From Toensbergia leucococca (Eukaryota), in the NCBI GenBank assembly GCA_022813965.1, contig JALDZS010000009.1:1-64000 (forward strand): a stretch of DNA of 64,000 bases. The letters run 5' to 3'. The notes under the pieces are model-generated. The model was given only the letters and a program-made list of their open reading frames with translations. It ran no database searches and was not told the DNA's origin. The position numbers and the translations under genes were made by a program. The first letter of the stretch is position 1. Every line of letters starts with the position of its first letter. Below are positions 36,488 through 48,186 of this stretch, in pieces.

Positions 36488-37537
36488 ATGAACACAGTGA
36501 GATCGACTGGAGTCAGTATTCTTGCTTCATCATGCTGACATTTTTGCATAGAGACCTGAGGAGATAACTTGGAACTACTTCGCAACCCCATTGCACTCTT
36601 CAGCACAAAGTGCAGTAAGTCTCAAGTGGCTTCCTTCCCTTTCCACAAATCGCTTGAAGTCACCAAGCTAACCTTGGTCAGTATTCTTCTTTGACTCGGC
36701 CCGCTCGCGGTGGTCCTGTTATTACATCACTTCAACCGTTGGAAGACCGCTTTCATCAGTTGAATCCGTCGATGCTTACTGCTGTAAGTCCCAAGTGGCT
36801 TCCATTTCTCTTCCTAGCTTGTTCAAGACCATCAAGCTAATACTTGTCAGTCTTCTGTGACCACCGAGCCGTACTACCACCGATTCACCACTGAAATGAC
36901 AGTGGAGAGACATCAAGCTTCAGTAATTGATCAAGAGAAAGCCCATCAGGTTGGATATGAAGCAGGAAATAGAGCTGCTTGTGATGATTTTCAGGGGCAC
37001 AACCAAAATCCGACAGAGCCAGTAACTGATCAAGAGAAAGCCCATCAGGTTGGATGTGAAGCAGGAAATAGAACTGCTTGTGATGATTTTCAGGGGCACA
37101 ACCAAAATCCGACAGAGCCAGTAGTTCCTGAAACCTTGCCGAGGCTTACTTTAAGAAAGGGGCCTACCCTCGAGAAGTCAGCTAGTGGAGCCGTCCGCAG
37201 AGGTTAGCACATACTGAGTCTGTGTAGGCAACTCAATAACATCTGGCAGGAAGAGCTTATATGCGGCGTACAGCAACCGGACCGTATAACGTACAGTGCG
37301 GGCCATGTAGGTCAACGGCTTTTCTCCAATTGTACCGTACCTTGGGGCTGATTACAAGCTCATTAAGGCAAAATAAAACATAGGACGTGTAGTGGGGAAC
37401 GACCGTCGTGCGCCCTTTGCCTCAAAATCGGTAGACAATGTACATACAAGATCAGGAGCATCAGAAGAGGGCCAGTCAGCTCCTTAGTCAACAATCGGAG
37501 CGTTGTGCAATCTTCCCCTCAAAAGACTTCGGATTAA
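36488..37537 (+). CDS. About 250-aa protein with C-terminal Zn(II)2Cys6 cluster (6 exons: 36488-36496, 36552-36614, 36682-36783, 36851-37202, 37250-37306, 37368-37537)
   Basis: GT-AG splicing gives a stop-free 753-nt CDS containing CGPCKIKHRTCSGERPSCALCLKIGRQC (C-x2-C-x6-C-x6-C-x2-C-x6-C). Confidence 0.72.
36921..37123 (+). repeat. 99-bp near-perfect tandem duplication (33 aa) inside the Zn2Cys6 gene
   Basis: CAGTAATTGATCAAGAGAAAGCCCATCAGG at 36921 is repeated at 37020 with about three substitutions. Confidence 0.95.
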
Positions 37538-38024
37538 AGAGGTTGTCCCGGTCATGGCTCTGATCGTAATGAAGGTTGAAGGAGAAATTTATCTAAGGAA
37601 TCACTGATTCAAGGTAGGCGCCAACAAAGTCTTTTCTAAGCAGCATTCAATGTTAACAAGATAGAACGGAAGTTTGACATTCATTCAGTAGTGTACCAAG
37701 CTGTGCTTGCAGTCAATTTGAGGTATGGAGTAGGAGTGGTATGGTTTGACAGTCGAATAGCGGAGGAATTGGTGCAAGACAAAGTCGAAGGAGTGTGGTC
37801 GTCTACACTCACACAGAAGTGGATGATTGTTTTTCCGAGAGAAGCACAGGTGATTCCAGTCCTCCAATTGCATCATATTCTATCTGTACAGTACCAACAG
37901 AGCTCGTCATTCATTCCATCAGATCCATTACGAGTACGAGTACTCACTTGGCAATTCATGTCACCATTGCTAGAGCCCGTACAGATGTTCTAGCATCAGA
38001 CTTTGTTCCACCTAGCCTTCCACT

Positions 38025-39131
38025 ATGGTTCCCACAACTGTCGATATCCATACACACATCTACCCCCCTTCTTACATCTCCCTCCTCCGTTCCCGAACTA
38101 CAGTCCCCTACATCCTCGACCTCCCCTCTCCATCGCCCCCTCGCCTCATCATCCTCCCTTCCGATGCCAATCCATCCCTAGCCCCTTCCCACCGCGGCCG
38201 CCCCATCGACGCTTCCTACTCCTCCATCGCACATAAAATCTCCTTCATGAAAACCCATCGCATTTCCACCTCCGTCATCTCCCTTGCCAATCCCTGGCTA
38301 GACTTTCTTCCACCGAGCGAAGCCCCTGAGGTCGCACGAACAGTGAATAATGAGCTGGACGCAATCAGCAAGGCCCATCCAGGGAAGCTCTACGCTTTTG
38401 CGACGCTCCCTTTGTCTGCGAGCCCTGATGCCGTGGTCGCAGAGATACAACGCTTGAGAACGTTGTCGCGTATTCGAGGGATCATACTTGGCACTACAGG
38501 CTTGGGTTCCGGTCTCGACGATCCCGCGCTTTCTCCTGTATGGTCCGCGCTCGAGGAGTCTCAGTTGCTTGTGTTTCTGCATCCGCATTATGGTCTCCCC
38601 GCAGAGGTGTTTGGGCCAAGGGCGCAGGAATACGGGCATGTCTTGCCATTGAGTCTGGGATTTCCGATGGAGACGACGATTGCGTTTGTGAGGATGTGGG
38701 TCTCGGGCGTCTTTGACAGGTATACGAAGCTGAGGGTGTTGGTCGCGCATGCGGGAGGTGCGGTCCCATTCTTGGCGGGTAGGGTAGAGAGCTGTGTCTC
38801 ACACGAACGGCACTTTCGGGACGAGAAGGAGAATGAGCAGGAGAGGAGGGGCATCTGGGAGGTCTTGAGGCATAACGTGTGGTTGGACGCTGTCACCTAC
38901 TCAGAAGTGGGCTTGAAGGCTGCAGTGGAGGCGGTGGGAATTGAGAGAGTGCTGTTTGGGACAGATCATCCTTTTTTCCCGCCGTTGGAAGAGGGACAGA
39001 AGGAGTGGCTGAGTGTGAAGAGCAATGTTGCGGCTGTCCAGGGTTCATTTAGGGATGATGATGAGGCCATTGAGGCAGTCTTGGGGAGAAATGCAATTGA
39101 TCTACTGGACCTTGACGTCTCGACAAAATGA
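38025..39131 (+). CDS. Uracil-5-carboxylate (iso-orotate) decarboxylase, amidohydrolase_2 family
   Basis: VDIHTHIYPP, SLANPWLDF, FLHPHYGLP, YGHVLPLSLGFPMETTIA, AHAGG, FGTDHPFFPP: the IDCase signature. Confidence 0.9.
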   Translation: MVPTTVDIHTHIYPPSYISLLRSRTTVPYILDLPSPSPPRLIILPSDANPSLAPSHRGRPIDASYSSIAHKISFMKTHRISTSVISLANPWLDFLPPSEAPEVARTVNNELDAISKAHPGKLYAFATLPLSASPDAVVAEIQRLRTLSRIRGIILGTTGLGSGLDDPALSPVWSALEESQLLVFLHPHYGLPAEVFGPRAQEYGHVLPLSLGFPMETTIAFVRMWVSGVFDRYTKLRVLVAHAGGAVPFLAGRVESCVSHERHFRDEKENEQERRGIWEVLRHNVWLDAVTYSEVGLKAAVEAVGIERVLFGTDHPFFPPLEEGQKEWLSVKSNVAAVQGSFRDDDEAIEAVLGRNAIDLLDLDVSTK

Positions 39132-39414
39132 AAAGGGTATTGAATACTTCTGTAACCTCGATCTATAAGAAGATGGGTTACAGCTACCATCTGGCGGGCA
39201 ACCTCGGTAGCTGACTGCGTTAAGATCGTATCGTCGAGGAGGACATTGTCCAGAAAGACCTGCCGCGGATAGTCTATAGGTTACAGGAACAGGAAGAGCT
39301 AGATTCTCTGAACTAGCCCTACCGCTCGCCACGGAATCTATCTTTTTGCGAAGATCAGCTATCTGATATACAGAGCTTAGGTCTACACCCAAGTATGTAG
39401 TCTTCCCTTCTCTG

Positions 39415-41094
39415 TTATTGTCTTATTGGTCTCTTCCACTCTATATTCTCCCTGAGTATATCCCACCCAATGAGTCGCCAAACTTCCTGCTTGTACCAGT
39501 CGGCGACTTCCCCTTCCTTGCAAATCCGCACGCCATCATTGATAGCAAGATCGGGGTAAATTGGTTGTCTGAGCGCGTTTTCGAAGTCCTTTGTGTGTTC
39601 GCCAAACAGGCTCTTGAGTAAGGTATGTTGTAGTTGCAATCGACTGGTCCCCAATTGGTTGTTCTTGTTTGTCTGCTTTATCAGCTTGATAGCAACGATA
39701 CAAGAGTCGCCACCCACCGCCAAGCCCTGTTGTCTTGTCCGGAGGATCATGGCTCTCTCCAAGATCCAGATCAGGTACGGGGCAGCTGGCTCGATGCTTG
39801 ACAAGCCTTGCTTCAGCTCTCGATTACTTCCTAAAGTGGGACGAGGCTGGCCTTGGAGTTCTTCATCTAAAATATCGTTTCCACTGTTGCCAAAGACGAA
39901 GATCTTAAGCAGCGATCCAATTTGATTGAAAAGAAAGTGCAAGAACCCTTCTGAGATAGCATTGTGGGCCGCCTTGGTGGTATCTAGGCATGCTGCCATC
40001 CTTATTATCAGTCGGCAAAGTTCCATGATCGCATCCTCCGGCGATGAAGGAGACTCTGAAGTCCTGTGTTCTGACTGGGCTTGAATTTTGTTTGGTTTCT
40101 TCCTTGACAAAGGTCTTTTAGTCGCCTGCATCACAGAGACCACATTTATCCTCTCAAGCAATTCTCGAAAAAGTCGGACAAAATTATATACTACTTGGCC
40201 CTGCTGCTTCAATCCTTCGACAGTCTTGCCGAGCTTGTCTAAGCCTGCAAGTAGAACTGGCAAAGTTCTTCCAGCGAAGAAAAGCTTTTCCTCGTTACAC
40301 CTATTTAATGTTGTCCGAGTTTGTGATTTACTGCGCGTTTGAACTCTCGCCTTGGTGGCTTTTTCGTTGAGACTGCTCATAATTTCTGAGTTGGAAGCGG
40401 ATTGTGTTGCGGAGAAGAGAAGAGCAATATCAGACACGGTCTTTGTAAGCACAGCAGTCAACTCCTCTACTGGAGGATATCTTAATGCGGCCAACCGATG
40501 CACATCATACAGGTCGCACAAGAAGCTACCTGCTACGTCGATCAGCGACCAGCGTCTTTCAGGCGGGGTGTCATTTGTACCATGTGTGATCGATAAACTG
40601 TCCTCCAAACCATCGATGGCACACTGAACGGATATATGGCCAAGATGTACAACTTTTACTATATCTTCAGTAACTTTGGCTGCCTTCCGTGCCCTACCGA
40701 CGGAGCATTCTGCTTCTTCTACAGCATCCTTCTTCCGTTTTCTCTGTGGAAGTATTCCAAGAGATGGATTGCCCGTCGATTTCAGCTTCTCTGTAATCTC
40801 TGCATTCTGTTGCTCCAATTCATAAACTTTGTCTTGAAGAGCAGCCTGTGTCTTTTCAGACCTTTCAAAAGCATCTCGCCAGAAAGCTGCGGCGTCGATG
40901 TGACTGTGGACGGATGTAGATGTGTCTGGGTGTCCGCCTTCTCGTATGGATGAGTGCAGTCGGAAAATATGCTCTGAAGATGAGGTTAGTACCAATGACT
41001 GCGGTACTTGCGATTGGCCGTATTATGGCATACCTCGAATGGAGATGTTGATTGGTTTCGATTTCACCAGGAATAAAGCGATGATGAATGGCAT
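39415..41094 (-). CDS. Hypothetical protein, multi-exon
   Basis: 526-aa ORF plus a short first exon MPFIIALFLVKSKP; ends WYKQEVWRLIGWDIL. Start and introns approximate. Confidence 0.7.
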
Positions 41095-41428
41095 GGACTG
41101 AGGTAATTGTGCTTTAGCTGGCTTTACAGAGACCAAGCTGCAAAAGGCCATTCGTGTTATGTAGGTGGGATTGCCATGTACCTAGCTACGAAGTACCTTA
41201 GATGAAATCGTCAAAGAATGTGGGTGTCGCCAAGAGGTCAGCTGGAAGAAGCCCTATTATACTATAATAGCATCACTGACTTCATCACATCTTCACTACC
41301 ATTAATCCCCATGGACATGACCCTATGTACAATACAGGAATGCTGATGCACCGTCTAATGCCTTTTTCCTTTTCACTATTGCCTGCCCTCGAGTTCGAGG
41401 CATCGAGCGACTTTGGGAGGGTCCCTTC

Positions 41429-43490
41429 TCATTGCCGCTTGTCATTCATTTGCCTCGCCACCCGAGCCTTCCGAGATTTAGCAATCACTCGGCGCTCATT
41501 GAACCTTCTAAATTTCCGAATGATCATATCACGCCTAAGATGATGATTTTAGTCCAGCGTTCGCCATAGTCTTGGACTCATTGCTGGTCACTTACATCAA
41601 AAAGACAAGAATCACAAATGCTGCTGGAATAGATACGGCCCAGAAAAACCTAGAACACGTCATTAGTATATATTTTTCAGGCACTGCAACCCAGTTGAGG
41701 GAACTTACGCATCACTGTATAACACTATAGCATTGAACCTTGTGAAATTCATTCCAAAATATCCCTACAAACAAGTTTAGCATTGTGGTCATTCAGCACT
41801 GTGTGAGATCAACATTTACTCACTGCTAAGAACGTAAGAGGTAAGAACACGCAGGTGACTAAAGTCAGTTGCTTCATGCTTTCGTTTTGGTACGCCCCTG
41901 TAGTCAATGTTTCAGCATAGTTCTTTTGTTCAAGGCCACAATTGTGCGGAGGTGCTGACCGATGGTATTAAAAATTAGGTCAATCATATTAGAAGCCGCC
42001 CTCCTCATCTGATCGAGGTTTTCTGTAATAAGAACACAATGATCTTCCACATCACCCAAGTATGTGTGGGTCATCGGACTAATCATTACACTTGAGGAAC
42101 TTGTTTTTACGGGCCTCCCGCTCGAGCCTTGCGCACCGATCGGTTCGCTATTATGATCTCGCAAAGCATTTACAAGATTGACGATTGGGGAAATATTGCT
42201 TCTGAACTGGGAAATCTCAGAAGTTAGAATGTACAAGGATTTAGTATGCTTGATGCTCGGCTGTGTGAGAACGTTTAGCTCAAGATCGCCAATAACGTCT
42301 TGGTACGCAGTTGTAATAGGTATGGCTAGGTCAATGATAGCATCGATTATTGCCTGTGTGATCATGCTTGCGTCCGAACATCGTCGTAAGATTGTCTCCT
42401 GGGTGCTTAATCGAGTGATGATGGGTGATTCGATATCCTCAGCCGAGCTCTCGAAGAAGGAAATCACAGTATTATCAGAGGTGAGAAAGATGGAGACCTG
42501 CTCAACGCTGACCCCTAGATTCTTCGATGACAATGCAGAATTCTTTTCCATAAATTCAATTCGCTCGGTGTTGGGTCCGCCGTGGTAGCGCTGAAGTGTC
42601 CGCGCCTTATACAGAGCTTCAGTTGTTGGAATTGAATTAGGAGTGACGAATCCGTTGATACGATGGTGTAGGTCTGCCGATGTTCCTTGCAGCTTGCATG
42701 ATGCCTTCTTTGAACGACCCGAACTCATCACTTTCCTCCACGAAGACATGAAGGACCTTTTCTTTGGCGACTCCTTTCTTCTTTCTTTCTCGTTCAGAGG
42801 CTCATCTTCCGTTTCAGAACAGTCGGAATCACAATCCGAGTCCGAGTGCACGTGTATCAGCTTCTGTAAAGGTAATACGACTGGAAAAGTATGAGCGTTG
42901 TATCAAGAGTCTTATATTCAAGATACATAGATATTACTGTATGTATGATCGGAGTACCAATCGGCCTTTGTCCGATTCTTTGCGCTCAGCATGTCTTCAA
43001 TTGCCAACCTATGCAAGCCCTTGTTATTGCCCAAAAGCCTGATGACATCCCAACTCAATCCGTTCACATTGACCCAGCGACATGCCCCCCAATCGGGCCG
43101 TAGCTCTTTCATGAATTTTACCAAGCTCTGATTGTCCAAACGATGCATGAGCATGTTATCTTGTGAGAAATCCACCACAGTGATATCACACTCCTGGTGC
43201 AATTTAGGCGACTCAGATGTAGAGTAGCCGTCATGAGGTGCTGATGTATCGATTCCAGGTTCTTGACCAGGTTGCCATTGTTGCCCCCATCCTCCCGCGG
43301 GGCGATATGTTTTGGCAGTATTCGAGCGTGTAGGTCGGTGCTTCAAGGGGTCTCTTTCAGGAGAGCTAGAGGGCGAGCCAGGTGATTCCGCAGTCTGAGC
43401 CTCGATATCAACTTGTACTGGTTCCACGGGAGAAGAAGAAGCAGTGCGAGGATGTGAGAAGTCCTGAGAGTCGGTCATGACGATTGACAT
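41429..43490 (-). CDS. CorA-family Mg2+/metal transporter, multi-exon
   Basis: [59 protein letters not shown] signature. Confidence 0.9.
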
Positions 43491-44462
43491 GCATGTATGA
43501 AGCTATACCTAGTCAAGATGTTTGTCAAATCAGTGTTAAGTTAAGTATAGATCAAGGGCCCGTAGATTTATTCCCAGCTAGCTAAGCTTTTCTCGGTGGA
43601 GTATCAAAGATAAATAGAAATGAGAATAACGAGAGATTAGAAGGGAAAGATTGCCAGAGTCAGATTTACTGTGTTGGTAGGGTTTGGTTGTCCCACAAAT
43701 TCGGGTTAATAATTGCGTGACGTAGAATAGAATACGAATGATTCCACCCCTGGCACTCACAAAAAACAAAAATAACAGAAAAGCCCATGTAAAGGGATAC
43801 TCCATTTTTCTTGACGCATGACCTTTCAATTTTGATTACTCGTACTCATATGAGTACGGCGATTCCCTACCTAGGCTTTTTGGAACTGCTCACAAGCATT
43901 TGCAAGACCCTTTCAAACAAGAAAACACTGTTTGCTTAGAAACACAGGGCATGAGCTTTTATGGGCAATTATAATGGATACCAGTCTCAATTCATAATCC
44001 TTTCATTTCCATGATGGTGATTTATCTCGTGTTTCATTGCCTATTATTGCTGAATATTATCCTGCCTTCCAAAATTCCTCGAATGGATTTAGCGTACCCT
44101 CGAGGAAGATACATTAGTTCGTTTCCTGTAGAACAACTCGCAGCTGTTTCTAGATATGCAAAGGGCCCGCAGAGAAGGAATCCCAATGAGCTCTAGAGGA
44201 TCGAGAATACGCCCGTTAGATTCGGAGTATTTAAAAAGAGATGAAGCCCCCCCAATCGCCTGCATCAAGGAATGCCCTCTCATATATCTACAGCTGGCTG
44301 TGCGTACAAGCCTCGTCCCATTTTACACCACCAAATACCTAATACCTGATACAAGTGTGACAAAGCCAATACACCTATGTCGCCGTTCGGCCATGAACTC
44401 CAGGGAGCAATTAAAAATACCCACCACGACACCATGGAAAATTTTCACTTCTTACACCTTTC

Positions 44463-47400
44463 TTACACTTCGCTCCTGACCCTCACTTTCTGCGTCTCCC
44501 TCGCAACACCCCATCGTCTTTGCCACGGTCCCGCAGTATGCCAGGTAGGCGGCTCGAATCTCATTGGTATCTCCGGCAAGAACGGCGTTTGGTGCGGTGC
44601 GTGTATGTGATCTGGCGTCTGGCTCTTGACTTTTCGTTTTGGCACCGAAGACGCCCCTGCGCTTGCTAATCCGGCCTTTCGCGAGGCGTGTTTGACGATT
44701 TCCCGGAGCTCTTGCTCGTCAGTTGTAATCTGGGCTTTGAGGAAATCGATGTCGGTGCGCTCTTGCTGCTCTGCCATGACGGGCGTTCGAGGCGAGTAGC
44801 TGTACTTGCCTGCCTCTATGATCTGCTCTGGAACAATTTCTGGATCTAAGTACGCGCTATTCCCCTTTGCTAGAAGCTGGTGGATATCTAAGCTCTCGCC
44901 ATGTGGGATTTTCTCTGGATGACTTGGTGTCACGCAGTCCATATCCACTTCTTTCCTAAGCACATGGTCGATATCTACGGCACTGAAATATGCGCATGAT
45001 TGCGGAAGATCATTGATACCAACCTGTTGAGAGAACATTGCTCGAGTCCATAGATTAGCCACTTGTAATGCCATTGCCGCTCTATATCTATCCTCTTCTT
45101 TCACAAGATATCTGATCTCGTCGTGGACAGTAATGGCAAGACGGGCATCGAGATTGAAACGACGAATAAGGTAGTCCATAGACACAATGAGAAGATGAAG
45201 GTAGTCGACACCGGAAGATTGAATTGCCCAATTCAATCGTGAGGTCATGAATCCACCTTTATTGAGGTATCGACGCAATAGCGCTTCAGTAATGCCGGCT
45301 CCTAGAACTGGGGTTCGGGGTCGCTCTTGTTCGGCGAATGCTTCGAGTCTATTGAACACAAAGGACTCGGTTCCGCCACGCCAAAAGGAACGATCACCGA
45401 GTGCCTTCCTTGAGGTTTTCGTGCCTTTAGTTTCTTTATAAAGTTTAGTGGCAATCTCCTGTGTTTTCTGTTCCGACAGATTCGGGTTGAATTGACGAAG
45501 TAAAGTGGATGCGAATTTAAGACCTGCGCCATAAATTCGGCCGTAATTGAAGACTTTGGCGTCGTTCCTGGAGATTCCCAATATTTTGGCGGTCTTTGAA
45601 TGCAGGTCAGTGCCAGAGGCTTTAGTGCCTTCGAGGGTCATGAATCCAATCGCGTTACCACCATGCATGCGAAATTGGGCATCTCCTACAAGACTTGCAA
45701 TCCAGAGCTCTTGCGAATCGACATCGGCACCGACGAAGCAGTAGCCTGGAGGGGCTGTGATCATGGATTTCAGTTCGGAGCCAACTCTGTTCGCTTTGGC
45801 ATTGCTTGCTGTGAGCCATGTATTCTCCACTGCTCGGCGGGTAATTGTACCCATTGGGATGACCTGTGGGAGAATGTAGCCGCGCTCGTTTTCAGACCCT
45901 AATGGTCTCATGCCTGTGGCATCGCCCTCGTAAACCACCATCTGTGATCTAATGCGGTCTCGGGCAGAAATCCAATAAGAACAGGAAGCATTCATTTCTA
46001 GAGCCTCTTTGGCGTACGAGTACTCAGAAGAGAGCACTCCACTCTCGAAGTACTGCAGATACCCTTTGGCAAGTGGATTAGCACAACGAGCTTGTGGTCC
46101 ATCCTTATGAGGTAGCTTGAAGTACCGGTGCTTGTTGTCATCTCGAAGGTCCAGATTATTTTCGTCGGTCATGTCACAAGCGACGACTGGTCTATCGCTA
46201 TACAAAAAGGCTTGAGCAAGCGGAACTTTGAAAGTCCATCCATACTTGTCAGACCACACAAGTGGATAGCCGTCCCATGAGAGACGAAGTAGTATGGGGG
46301 CAATGCGTGTCCTAACAGTCAAATTTAAATCAACATCAGCACTGGTAGCAAATAAGTCTTTGTACCATTGGGGCATGCCTGGTTTCTTCTGACGAGCTGC
46401 CGGCCTTGGTGGATCGTTCTTTTTCTTGCCCTTCACCATTTTAATGGCTTGACCTGACCAGTCCAGCTGTCCAAGCCAATCATCCTTTACATAGCTGTCT
46501 GGATCATCCTTTGACCCGAGCGCCTTTTTAGCAAGATCATTTAAACGTTGCTGGACTGCATCTGACAGTCGAAGATACGTAGCTTCAGCATTAGCTACAT
46601 ATGATTCCCATGATTTATCCACGGGTAGGATAACAGACGAAAGGTGACGCAAGGCACTAAAACTGACAGGATGTGGACAAACTTCGATGAATCCAGGAAA
46701 GACTTTCTTGTACACACGATGGGTGATTGCAACATCAGCTGCACAATAATCGAGTAGTTCGTCAACTTTTTCTCGGATTCCCTCACGGTCAAGTTCTCCG
46801 AACTGGTCACGTTGAGCCTTGTCAATCGTGACATTGCAATGAAACTTGGCAACGTCTCGTAACGAGTTCACAGAGCTTCTTCCCACCCACAGTTCCTCTT
46901 CCTCTTCGCTCAATACATGGTTCTCAAGTAGAGCAGCTAATTCCACAGAGTTGCTCTCGCCAGCAATTTTGTCTCTTAAATCCCGGTTCTTCTTGTGCTT
47001 CATCCATGTTGGCCTTTGCCTTGAACACATACCATTGACCGCAACATGCAGTGACATTGTATCGAGGAAGAAGTTCTTCGATTGCCGGATATCGTACTCT
47101 TCAGCTATCCGTGCTCGGTCGTAGCCAATGTTATGTCCAACTACGATACGTGCCTGATCAGAGTCGCCGAGTGGCACAAGGTGCCTGTCTGATTCCGATT
47201 CCCCCATAAGCCAAGGCGAAAGCCAGGCATACCACGCTGTAGGACTTGCAGCGCAAGCCATAACAGCAAAGGAGCTTTCCTTCCACATGACTTCGGTGTC
47301 AAATGTCAGCATTTTCTCCTGCGGTGCTTCCACTGCTTCAGTCGACCCATCGGAATTATATTTTGTCCATCCACTTCTCTCGACCCATTTTCGAGGGGTT

Positions 47401-47928
47401 TGTGGAAGATTGATCCTTGCATACTCCTGTGCCTGACTGAAGTATGGCTGTGAGGCATCCTTTCCTAGTTTGTAAAAATGTTCATCTAATGTAGTGCCGT
47501 GAAGTGAAGGTATGTTGAATGCAATTGGGGGAGAATTTTCCTGGTTCTTGCCCCAAAGTTCATGCTTGCTAAGATGATCCTTGCTCAGATCAACCAGATA
47601 TCGTGGCGGAATTGCTGGGGGTTCAAAGAAGACTTGAGGATGGATATGACTACTGAGCTGCTGAACCCCTATCTCATTGTATCGTGGCGATGAGCGTACT
47701 AGACCACTTGTATTAGTGCAGTGGCAATAGGCATCGCACATCTTAGCTGCGCGTACATGAAAGACTATTGGACTTCTCCTCTTTCTCGTGCTCTTTCAAG
47801 ACCGCCTGCACAGCATAACACCGTCTTGTCCGATGGCAAAGCGTTTGGCAAGCAGGACCATATTGTAGAAAGCTAGCGAGACCAGTAAGAACATTCCCAA
47901 TCCTACTGCTATGAAAAGAGCAGAGCAT
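44463..47928 (-). CDS. MIP1: Mitochondrial DNA polymerase gamma (2 exons, intron 47699-47756)
   Basis: Exonuclease FDTE and VGHNIGYDR; polymerase VGADVDSQELW, AKVFNYGRIYGAG, ITVHDEIRY. Confidence 0.97.
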
Positions 47929-48186
47929 GCTCAGTAGTCAGCGCGATGTCAAACCATATCAGTTGTATGGATTCCGTCGTCAAGAGTTGGTCACATTATT
48001 CCGTACTCCATAAAGTAACAGTAACTGTTCTACGCACTCCTTGGGCCAACGTAGGACAGAATAATTAGGTAGGTACCTTAACTCCGGGCCTCGGCAGTGT
48101 TCAAGGGGATGAGAAGACGTCATGGTTCAATGTTCAAACAATTCTGACATTCTTCTTTCGATATTGAAGCTCACATTTTACACCTT

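Noticed and set aside
2546..39131. DOT1, RFTS protein, T7H and IDCase as an epigenetic or DNA-demethylation cluster
   Set aside because: Spread over 36 kb among unrelated housekeeping genes, and characterised T7H acts on free bases rather than DNA.
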